64,000 nt of DNA from Moniliella sp. 'wahieum' (taxonomy: Eukaryota). The position numbers and the translations under genes are program-made. Shown one piece after another: positions 12,877-23,489 of the stretch. The stretch's first letter is position 1. Each line of letters begins with the position of its first letter. The stretch spans positions 124,001 to 188,000 of the forward strand of contig RSEE01000057.1 in NCBI GenBank assembly GCA_003971905.1, given 5' to 3'. The notes beneath the pieces were generated by a model. That model searched no databases. It saw nothing but the letters and a program-made list of their open reading frames with translations, and had not been told where the DNA came from.

Positions 12877-15800
12877 TCATGCATCTACGCCAACGCCCAT
12901 CGGGCCTGGAGGAGGGCGGCGAGTTCGCGCGCCATCTCGCGGAGCAAGACGATATTGTCCAGGACGAAGGAGAGGGTGGTCGGGCAGGGTCTTGGGTGGG
13001 CGATTGTCCGTCGAGGGCAAAGCGAAGGACCTTAGTTCTGCGCCAGCGGGCGGGCAAGACAAGGGGGGTGACCAAGACCTGACCGGTTCGGTACGAAGGT
13101 AATGGTCAGCAAAAGGTCGTCCAGGTGCTACTGGACGTTCACGTTCTTCCACTCTCGTCTCGACCTCGCCGCGTCCACCAAATAATTTGGCTAAGCCTTC
13201 GCGTGGATGAGCAGAATGGGACACAGGAGTTGTGGGTGCAACGCACGTGCTGTGCTTTCACCAATTCCACGGTTCCCGTTACTTCGCCAGCGTCCCATGC
13301 CGCCGCACTTGACTCCCCGGGACCAGTTCCCCCATCTGGTTCGGCACAGCCACTTTTTTCCCGAGCGTACGCACGTCCTCTGGTTCCTCTAGCGCATCGA
13401 GCAGTTGTTCGAGAAATACAAAGCTGCCATGCGTTCCGAGAGGAGTGGTGTCCAGCTCCCCTCCGACCTGGTGGCGGAGAGAGAGGACTTGAGCCACGAG
13501 ACCGCGGAGCAATAGAAGGACAATGGGGAGTTTCCTCTACTTTCTCTCCTGCCTTACCTTGATCTTTGTGATCATCTTTGTGATCTTTGCCGTCCTTCAT
13601 TTTGGGACTGGGTTCCTTCTTGTCCTTGCTGCCCTCGTTTCGCGGCTTGTCCTCCGCAGGGAACCGTAGCCAGCCATCCAAGTTTCGCACGGGCGACGCC
13701 GCGAGGGAAGCGAGCACGCCCGAGAGGGCGAGGTTGACCTGAGGGTCATTGGCAACCAGTGTGCCAAGGAGGCCATGAGCAATCGGCTATAGGGTCGGCA
13801 GGGTGGAGCCTGTGTCGGTCGAAGGGGCGAAGAGAGCGGGTCCACTGGAACAGTGAGTCGGAAGCGATGCGCGCCAAGGCAGCCCGTTGGGTGGGTGGGA
13901 AAGCAAACCCTTTTTCCTGGGCAGATGAGCCCCTGGAGCCGCGGCCTAGGCCCAGAGGACCGAGCGGCGGAGAGAGGCAATCAACAACGGCACTAAGCAG
14001 ACGTAAGGTGAGCCAGTGTCGCTGTAGCCCATCGTCGTTTTCTGTCACCGAGGTCGGAGGCGCACGGTGTGGAGCAGCGCCACGGTGGTGAGTGGGATCA
14101 TCCGTGGACAGACTCGAGTGCGGCGGGCGTGCGCGTGGCCATTGCGTGTGGAAGGAGAGCGGTGGTGGCTCGATCGTTGGCGAATGGGCGAGGATGGGGG
14201 TTTGCCCGTTGAAGGTGGGGTAGGGAAGGTAGAGTTGGCGCGAGCAAGGGGAGTCACTTTCATTAGGAGGCGTGTGGCGAACCTGCCATGAGCGTGAAGC
14301 AGAACGTCGAGAAGCCGAGCGCCTGGGCATGTGTGTCGCGAAGGGTGGAAGGGCGCAGGTGGGCAAGGATGAGGTCGGTGAGACTGTACCGCAATCGAGC
14401 CCGTGGTCCCGAAGGAGGCTGTGGTTCCTCTCCATCGTCCAGAAGATGGCCTAACAAAACGGCGCACAAGGGAGAGGAGTCGGGCAGTACTTCAAGGAGT
14501 TGGGTGAGATAGAAAAGACAGCGGTGGCGGTGCCATCAGTGTCGCTGCATTCAAGCATGGCAGGGTAGAGGATCTGATCGAGAAAGCCAGAGCGAAGATC
14601 AGTGTGAGATTCCATGCGGAATCGAGGCCGAGGTGCTGCCTCTCGACTGGGCAGCGTTACGTCCTCGGTGGAGAGATGGTGCGAGGCAGAGGTGCCAGGA
14701 TCCAAGAAGGCGGTGAGAATCCCCGAACTAAACTCAACCAGCCCCAGAAAGTGAGCAAGGGAGGAGACGACGGGCTCCTCAGTGGCGGTAGGTACATCTA
14801 GGACGGACGATGAAGGTGTGATCTGCATGCCCAGTGGAACCCCACCATCATCTTGTGGGACACCAATGGGCAGTCTGATCGCGCGCGGCAGAAGGCCGTA
14901 TGCGGCTCCGAGGGCTGCGCCCAGCATGGGGGATAGATCGGAATGAGTTACCTGCTGTGCAAGAGTGAGGGTTTGGAGGACCAGATCGGGTTCGCCGCCG
15001 GAGAGGGGCGGGCGTTGCATGGCCATCTCGACGCACGCCAAGAGGGCAGTGCGTATTTCACTGCCCAAGGGGTCGGGGAGAGAAATGAGGGGGACAAGTG
15101 CGTCGTAAGGGAGGTAGCGATTCAGTTTACCGGAATGAGAAGAGAGAGAGGCGATCAAATCGCTATTTTCTCTAGTACGTCGGACCAATGCCGAAAGGAA
15201 GTGGACCAAGCTCTCGACTGAAGGGGAGGAGGCTGCTCCCGACGCAGACGGCTCATCGCCCGCATCTGTTCCTCCGGGGTAGACGGCCACCCCAGCATCA
15301 ACCGACGGGTCTTCCCTGACCACCCATGGCGAGGGTTGGACTCGGAAAAGATCGAATCGAGACTGTCGGTGTCGTCGGCGTCGGCGGCGGCGGCGTCAGT
15401 GCCAGTGCTGCGGGCCTGGGTTGGAGCAGCAGCGGTAGCAGCAGAAGCAGGATCCGCGCCTGGTGTAGTGGGCACAAGGGAGAGAAGAAGGTGCTTAAGA
15501 GACCTTGCGACGGCGGGGTCAGTGAGGGTAGCAGTGGGGGCGACGAGGACGAGGCGTGCCAGGCCCTGAAGGACGGCATGGCGGACGCCAGCGGGGGTGT
15601 CGGTAGCCGCGGCGGCAGCGAGGGTGGGGAGAACGTCGTGTTTGAGTACGAAGGACATGCACGGGCCGCGCATCTGCTCTCCCTCGAGGGAGGCAAACAG
15701 GGCGGCGATGCGGGCGTGGGCAGTGCGGGGGAGGCCGTGGGCGAGGGAGCGCTGGTCGGGGGCGGCGAGGACGAGCTGGGATGCGGGCGCAGGGGCGGGG

Positions 15801-16014
15801 TCAGGCAGGCGTGGGGAGGGGAGGCGGGGGGGCAGGGGAGAGACGCACCTTGATGGACGCCCACGTGCCCGAGAAGGTGGCTGCGCCCAGCCCGTCGGGC
15901 ATGGCGAGCATCGCGGCAGGTGGTGGTGGTGGCCGGGCAGCGGCGTGGCTGTGGCGCACCAGGCCGGGAGCGCGGGGCGGGCGGAACGGGGCGGAAGCAG
16001 GCTGCAGGCGCCAT
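12877..16014 (-). CDS. FTS- and Hook-interacting protein (FHIP/FAM160/RAI16-like)
   Basis: FVLKHDVLPTL...DTPAGVR, FLDQILYPAMLECSDTDGT, NDPQVNLALSGVLASLAASP..LDGWL and terminal LDNIVLLREMARELAALLQAR motifs. Likely intron near 15760-15848, several frameshifts, start uncertain. Confidence 0.75.
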
Positions 16015-16092
16015 TTCTAATGCAGCTCGCCGCCCGTCTGGCCTGGCCCGGCCTGCGCCTTCTGCCCCCCGGCCTCCTCCATCGACCCTCCC

Positions 16093-16464
16093 ATGTCGGC
16101 CTTCACGCGTGCGCTGCCCTCGGCGCTCAAGGAGCTGCGCGTGCACTTCTGCCAGTCCGCCCCTCGTCCGCCGGGCTGCGTGAGTTTGTGCAGGCGAACT
16201 ATGCGCAGATCAAGGCTGCCAACCCCTCCCTTCCACTCCTTGTCCGCGAGGCCCAGGGCACCCCGCCCGCGCCTTTGCCCGCTTCGGTGCGTCTCCGTCC
16301 GCGTCTCGGCGCCCGCGTGCACATGCGCATGCGCCCCCGTCCTCGCTCTTACTGACCCCTCCTCCATCCTCCTGTCCCCAGAGCGCGGCGTCGAGAAGCA
16401 CGTCGAGCTTGCTGGGCTCAGCAAGTCCGAGGTGGAGCAGAAGCTGACCAGCCTGGTGCAGTAG
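16093..16464 (+). CDS. NDUFA2: NADH:ubiquinone oxidoreductase subunit B8/NI8M
   Basis: LKELRVHFCQS..SSAGLREFV..NY..IK.ANP.LPLLVREA.G...RAFARF|ERGVE. Intron 16287-16381. Confidence 0.92.
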   Translation: MSAFTRALPSALKELRVHFCQSAPRPPGCVSLCRRTMRRSRLPTPPFHSLSARPRAPRPRLCPLRCVSVRVSAPACTCACAPVLALTDPSSILLSPERGVEKHVELAGLSKSEVEQKLTSLVQ

Positions 16465-17068
16465 CCAGCAGTAGCCCCCTCCCTCCGCCCCTCCTCTGCT
16501 TTAAATCTGATCGCTCTGCCCCCATCCTTGCTAGTATCGCCAGGTCTGTCTGTCCATAGTTCTCGCCTCCTGCTTTCATGCGCTCATGCATTTCTGATGC
16601 GGGGGCCGGACCATCAACGGCACTGCCTGCTTCAGCCAGGGGAACGTCATGCTTGACGACCTTTTCCAAGGACGGGTTCGCTAACGGCGCGCGCGGGTGG
16701 GCGAGAAAGGCCAAGAAATGCAGTGACGGGAATAGGTTCAGTAGGTGTGCAGCATAACACGAGAGAGCAGAAGATGCCAGAGAGCCCAGGGCGTCCTGGC
16801 TGCTGCTGTATTCGGATGTTGCCCTCCTACCCTCAGAGACGGCAAGCGGCAGATCAAGGTGGCGGCCATGGCAGCGCGATGCGTGCCACGAGAGTAGACA
16901 TGCTTCGCAATGCACTCGCGAGGGCCGCCGACCTGACGTCTGCTGGACGCGAGTGACTAGTGAGGACTGCGGATAGACGCAGTGGGGGGTTCGGTGCAAG
17001 CGCAGCAGCGAGCAAAAGGGATTGCCAGAAGCGATTATTCATGTCTCTTCAGCCGCTCAGCCCTCCCC

Positions 17069-19010
17069 ATGTCCCCTCTGTGGCTATCCCACCCGCCCCC
17101 GCTCCCACTCCCACTCCCATTCCCATTCCCGCTGCCCGCCCCACGCCTGTTGGCTTCTGCGCTTCGCCCCGTCCCCCCACCCCGTCGGGCACGACTTGGC
17201 GCACCTCGTTTCGTGTCCCACATCCCCACTCAGGTCCAGCCCTGTCCCCGTCCCCGTGCTGGCTGCCGCCGTGTGCCCCTGCCCCTGTCCCTGCCGCTAC
17301 CCCTGTTCCCTCGCCACCGCCCAATGACCACCGCGCCACCCGCCGCACCGCTTATCCTGACACCGACCGAAGAGCGTATCTGCACGCTGCTCGATGCGGC
17401 ATGCGAGTGGATCCATGCGGAGCGTCCGGCGCTGCCGGCTGAGCTGGGCCGTGCGCCTGCGCTAGAGGAAGCTGGGTGGCGGTGCGAGGTGCGGATAGCG
17501 GGAGGGTGGGTGCGGGACAAGGTGCTAAAGTTAGCGTCGGACGATATGGACGTGTGCGTGTCAACGTTGAGCGGGTACCAATTTGCGTATTACCTCGAGC
17601 GTTACCTGGCCAGTTGGTGGTGGGCGGGATGGCGTATCGATGGGGCTGATCACTAAGATTGAAGCCAATCCGGCGCAGGGCAAGAACCTCGAGACAGCCA
17701 CGGCCAAGGTACTGGTCAATCGTTAGACTTTGTCCAGCTGCGTGGGGGCGCCAATCCCAGTGCCGAGCAGATGCCTACCTGCGCGATTGACCATCAACGC
17801 GTTATTTTTCAATGTGCATACGGGGCGGTGGGGACTGACGAAGCGCGGGCTGGTGGATCTGGAGCAAGGGCTGATCCGGACCCCCCTTGCTCCGAGCGTG
17901 ACGTTGGATGAGGACCCACTTCGTATCCTGCGCAGTGTTCGTTTTGCCGGTCGGTTTGGGTTTGCGTTGGACGATGGGCTGTGCTCGGCGGTGCGCGAAG
18001 GCGGAGCGCTGCGCCACAAGCTGGCTCACAAGATCAGTCGCGAAAGTCTGGGAATGGAGACGGACAAGATGCTACGCAGTGAGCATCCGAGTTTGGCGCT
18101 TAGCACGCTCTATGATCTGCACCTGTTTCCCGTTGTCTTTCGTCCGCCGCCGGAGCCCGAGGCGCCGTCGCAGCTCTATGGGAGCGACGACCACGACCCG
18201 CCACAGGCCGCCGTGCCTTGCCGCCGGACGAATGGGTGGTGGAGAAGGGCAAGCAGCTGGAATCGTTCTGGCTTGATCCGACGTTGAACCCGGGGATTCC
18301 CACGGGGATCCTATCGGACCCGGAACACGACGGCGAATGGCGTATGCGCTGGCAGTCTTTCCTCTGCACGGGTTGCGTGCCTGGTCCCACCCTTTGCCCG
18401 TCAAGGCAGGTCAAGCCGCGAAACGGCACCTGCTTCCAGCGGGGGAGGTGGTGTTGGTGGACGGGTTACGGGTCGGGGTAAAAGCGACAAAAGAGCCGGT
18501 CGAAGCGCTGCACCTGGCGTTCCACGCCCTGGTCCAGTTCCAAGCATGGGAACAGGGTGGGGAAGGAGGAGGATTTGCGCACCAAGCAGACCAAACTCTA
18601 CTTTCTTCTTCGACGTCCGTTCTTTTCCGCTCGGCCCTTGCTATCCGTCCCGAGGCTGGGTTTGTGTTTGCGTTGGTGACAGGTGCCGACGTGGGCCTGC
18701 TTCCTGCCGATTTGGCTCGGTGGTGGGGCTGGGTGGAAACGTTGGGCATGCTGGACAAAGTGGAGGAACGGTCGTTGCTCAATGGAGGCGACTTGGCCAA
18801 CCTGGTGGGATTCCCCCGGCCCACTGATTCCCAAGATGCAAGACAAAATTCTGGAATGGCAGTTCTGGCACGCGGGTCCCGACGCACGAGCTCGAGCCGA
18901 GGCCTGGTTTGTCCATGCATGGACCCAGGGCCAGATCCTCTCCTCGGACGAGGTGGAGGAGGCACGCCAAGGCCGCTACCAAGAAGGGCAAAAAGCGATC
19001 GCGACCCTAA
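17069..19010 (+). CDS. CCA1: Class II tRNA nucleotidyltransferase (CCA-adding family; possibly CC-only)
   Basis: VRIAGGWVRDK..DMDV, KIEANPAQGKNLETA, DFVQLR, RDLTINALFFN, EDPLRILRSVRFAGRF and KISRE motifs. Second in-frame ATG at 17324. Basic C-terminus KKGKKRSRP. Several frameshifts. Confidence 0.9.
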
Positions 19011-20250
19011 GCACCGCCTCTACCAACTTATACCCCAATCGTACTCCTGCCTGTCCCGGCCTCAGCCTGTCAGCTTGCACCCAGTAGGCCCACATGCAGC
19101 CGTCGCGTTGCACATAGAATGGAAGAGACAAGACCGCTGGCGGTAGAACTTGGCGAGGGGGAGTGGTGGTAGTGGTAGTGGTATAGTCCTACACCTCTCG
19201 CCCACAGAACAGCCCACTGCATAGAACGATGGATGGGGGAATTTTACTCCAGAGAGCAACAAGATCTACATGGCGGTGATCCTTGGCGAGGGACCGCACC
19301 GTGGACGGGTGCCGGCGGTTGGAAAACCTCAACCAGGCTGAATGAAATGCGGGTGCTGCTTTGCTGTCAACACAGAGGGCACCAGGGAAAGCGGGCGTCT
19401 GCGTTGAGGCTGGTGGGGCGCAGCGAAGGCCACGGAAGAGGGCAGCCAGGCAGGGTCCGTGCACGTGCATGTGCATGTGCTCCAGGTGTGATGCGTGTGA
19501 TGCATGTGAGATTGCACGTCTCGATCTAACTCCTCTGTGGATGTCCACCCGAGCGAGGGACGATCCACGGGATCATCGATCGTTCGCGGCCTGCCGATGC
19601 TCGCTCCCAGCCGGCCTGCATGCACATATGCATCAGGACGCATGACGCATGATGCATGACGCGTGACGCGTGACGCAAGCCTGCATAGCCCCAGGCAGCA
19701 CCGCAGACGGCTTGTGCGATGGGTGGCAGAGTGTGCTGGTGCGTGCTGCCCCTGCCAGGGGCTGTGCACGGGGCAGGCGTACAGCTTACAGAGTCGCATG
19801 CAGCTGTGGCGGAGGCTGGCGCGCTGCCTGCCGAGCAGCGCACCAGTACGCTTGGCACGGCCGCTGGGCGGTGGGCTCGTGCGCGCGGCTGCCAGCGCCC
19901 ATGTGCGGTGGCCAGAGGCAGTGCGGGCGCTGCCTGGGCCGGGGTATCGCATGGCGAGTGTGTCCTCGTCCACCGGCAGCCAGCCATGCACCATGCATCT
20001 TCGGTCCCTCCCTGTCCATTCACTCGCACTACGCAACACCCACACACTGCCCCCGTAGCCCTCCCCCACGCTTAGCTCAGCGCCCGCCCTTCCCACTGTC
20101 CTGGTTGGTTGATCCATCGGGGGCGCCCTTGCTCGGGCGCGTTTGTGCCTCCACCCTCCATCCCCTTCTCGCCTTTCCTCTCCTCTCCTCCTCTCTCTCT
20201 CTCCTCCTCTCCTCTCCCCCCCTCTCCCCCCCGCTCCCGCTCCCGCACCC

Positions 20251-21463
20251 ATGTCCGAACGCGCCCCCCTCCTGGGCACGCCCACCGGCGCCTCCAACGG
20301 CGCTGCCAACCCCCCCTCTGCCACCGCTCCAGCGCCGGCACCGGCCCTGTGCCCACGCTCGCCCAGTCCCCCACTGGTTCCTGTTCAACTCGTACCTCAA
20401 CACGCTCCTTGTCTTTGTCCCGCTGGGTCTGTTGGCCGAGAAGCTCGAGTGGAGTGCGCTAGCTCGCTTCTCGCTCAACTTTCTTGCGATTGTGCCGCTG
20501 GCCAAGCTGCTGGGCGATGCGACGGAGCAAGTGAGCATGCAATTGGGCGACACGCTGGGCGGGCTCAACGCCACGTTTGGCAATGCCGTCGAGTTGATTG
20601 TTGGTATTGTCGCCTTGCTCCAGGGCCAGCTTCGGATTGTGCAAACGTCGTTGATTGGCAGTGTGTTGAGCAACTTGCTGCTCGTGCTGGGCATGTCGTT
20701 TTGCGCCGGCGGCATTGTCCGCAAGGAAAATACGTTCCAGGCCACTGCGGCCCAAGCCAGTGGCTCCATTCTTCTCTTGGGCACCATCACGCTTGTCATC
20801 CCGGCTGCCTACCGTCTTTCGGGGCACAATGGCGATTCGGCCCAAGACGAAGCGGGGCTGTTGTTTATCAGCCGTGGCGCGGCTGTGATCCTAGTCGCGG
20901 TGTATGGTCTGTACCTGCTGTTCCAACTCAAGACGCATTCCTTCCTGTGGGACTCGGAGGCGTTGACCGAAGCCGAGTTTGACATGGACGAGGACGAGGA
21001 CGAGGAGAAGATGAATACGCAGGCGCTGTGGCGCTGTTGGTGGTGACGATCGTCACGTCGTTCAATGCGGATTACTTGGTGGGAGCGATTGACGAGGTGG
21101 CGAACGAGTACCACATTCCCACTGCTTTCATCTCCACTATCCTCCTTCCCATTGTGGGCAACGCAGCCGAACACGTCACCTCCATCTGGATGGCCATCAA
21201 GAACAAGATGGAGATTGCGCTCGGCGTTGCGGTCGGCAGCAGTATCCAAATTGCCATTGGCTTGATCCCGTCGTTGGTGTTGGTTGGGTGGGCGGTGGGA
21301 CAGCCGTTGACCCTGTACTTCCGCGGGTTCGAGACGGTGGTTCTGGCTACGGGGGTGCTGTTGACCTACCTACGCTCATCCAGGACGGCAAGTCGAACTG
21401 GATCGAAGGCGCGATGCTTGTGCGCTCTACCTCGTCATTTCGCTCGCGTTCTGGGTGCAGTAA
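20251..21463 (+). CDS. VCX1: Vacuolar Ca2+/H+ exchanger (CAX family)
   Basis: NATFGNAVE, LSNLLLVLG, FQLKTH, acidic loop, LLPIVGNAAEH, GSSIQIA and DGKSNWIEG motifs. Frameshifts near 20365, 21030 and 21370. Confidence 0.93.
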
Positions 21464-23461
21464 ATGGCACCAAGGCCATGCCCTGTCGTTGGCAATAAGA
21501 TGCCAATGCTAGCACCAAGCCATGCGTGTTGTTGACGATGGCCGTGGGGGCAGCTATTGAGGGGAAGGGGCATTGCACATGTGGTTCCAGTGACCAGACG
21601 GGACACTGCTTGCTCGATTGCTCTGCATTGATCTTGATTCTTCGTTCGTTTTTGATTTAGTTGCTACTGATGTGGCCCTGTGCGTGTGCTGTGGGGGTGA
21701 GCAGTCTGGCCTATCCACCGCTGGGGCCCTCGCGCTTGGGTGGGGGCTGTGGCCGATGGCCAATGCCAATTACGGGGAAAAGCCAGCGCTTACCCTTGCC
21801 CTTGCCCGCGCCAAAATCCAGTTGATTGAAATGCACACTTCGTTTTGGATGGCTGGCATCGCTTGAGGCCATGCATGCTGCGGTAGCGGTGGGAATTGAG
21901 AACAGGAACCGCCGTTGGCGTTGAATGGGGGATGGCGTGGAAAGGAGGCAGAGAGCCCTCGGCGTCCATCCATCCTGAGATCGCTCAGATCGCTCAGATC
22001 GCTCCCCGACCCGCTCCGCCGCGCCACCCATCCCGAGTGGAGACGCACGAATAATACCCAGCACGCTGTGTGCTGACATAATCGGCCGGCGTGGCGCTGG
22101 TTGGGTGAATAATAATGACTTCCGCGTGATGAACGAGTCGGTACACTTGTGCCCGCATCCCCACTCAGTTCCAGATGTACCTCGTGACGCTCAAGGTGGT
22201 CGACTTTGTCGGGTGCTATGTGATGGAAGGGTGATCAAGGCCTTAGTTGGTAGCCGACCAGCGACCCAAGGCCATTATCACCAAGCGGCGTGAGAAGCAC
22301 GAGGTGCGGCGCAAAGAGCGCATGGCCCAGATGGTGGCCGCGGCACAGGCTTAGTAGGTGGAAACGAACGCGCCAGCATCCTCAACCCAGCGTGGCTGTG
22401 ACGAAAATGGGAACTTTACTGTAGATGTGCATTGCCCGTTGATCACTGTGGGCCGAGGAAAGTAGGACCAAGTGAGGCGAGAGAGAACAGGAGAAAAGAG
22501 AGAGATTGAAGACAGAACTTGGAGCGGATCGATCTACCAAAGAAGGGCCCAGGCGAGCCAACGGGACCACATCAGAAGCAGTAGCTAGTAGTACTAACAA
22601 CCACTGAGAGACGCGTGGCGCAGCCTCTGTTGTGCACGAAGGACGGCACTACTACTAAGCCTGATACAATGTCAAATGGAGAAGGAGCTATTGTGGGGGG
22701 AGATGCAACCGCCACCGCTACCCCAATCAGAGGTTCACCCGCTATTGCGAACCCAACTTTGCGTCGGTCCCCATCGTATGAGGGGTGTATTGCGACGGCC
22801 ACTTCCTGTGAAGTAGATAAATGCACCGGTCCATGTAGCTTGCATGCCCCTCCTTTATGGGCGCGGCTCTCCTCGAACCCTTTCCCGTCCCAGCTGTCCT
22901 TCCCATAACCTCCCCTCCCGAGTCTGTGCCGGTACATATACATATACTCGGAGCCATCATCCTGCGATCGCCATCATCTTCAGTATTATCATTTCTGCAA
23001 GGGCGCTAAGCACAACGGGCACACAAGGGACACGCGCATTGGAAACGGGAGACGGAATGGGATGGTGAGAAGGCGTGCTGAAGTAACTTGAAGATGCGAC
23101 GAGGGAAGGGGGACATAGGAGGGAGAAGAGACATAATTGTGGAAAAGGATAAAGGGAGGGCGGAGGGAAGGGGAGGAGGGTAATATACAAGGACAAAGCG
23201 CGGGACAGCGGGGGGGTGTAGATAGGGGGAAGGTTGATGGGAGGGAGGTAGAAGACGGCAAGGAGAGAGGCAGAAAAAAGGTGGATGAACCGTAAACCCG
23301 TAAGGCAAGTAGGGAAATAGGGTAAGCAATATAGGTCGTGGATTGGTCAAGCTGTGATGAAAGTGACTGTTCAAGTGAACGGGGGGAAAGCAGGCAATTA
23401 AGCTGTTAAGCCACTGAGGTTAAGCCTAAGCACACGAGGCTTCACGTCTTTTATCAGCACC

Positions 23462-23489
23462 AAGCTTCAAGCTTCAAGCTTCAAGCCTC
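23462..23489 (+). repeat. (AAGCTTC)3-AAGCCTC heptamer array
   Basis: Three perfect AAGCTTC units, in the spacer at the 3' end of the arrestin-like gene. Confidence 0.9.

Noticed and set aside
22100..23400. Short ORFs in the VCX1-arrestin spacer
   Set aside because: Low-complexity purine-rich DNA with no family motifs.
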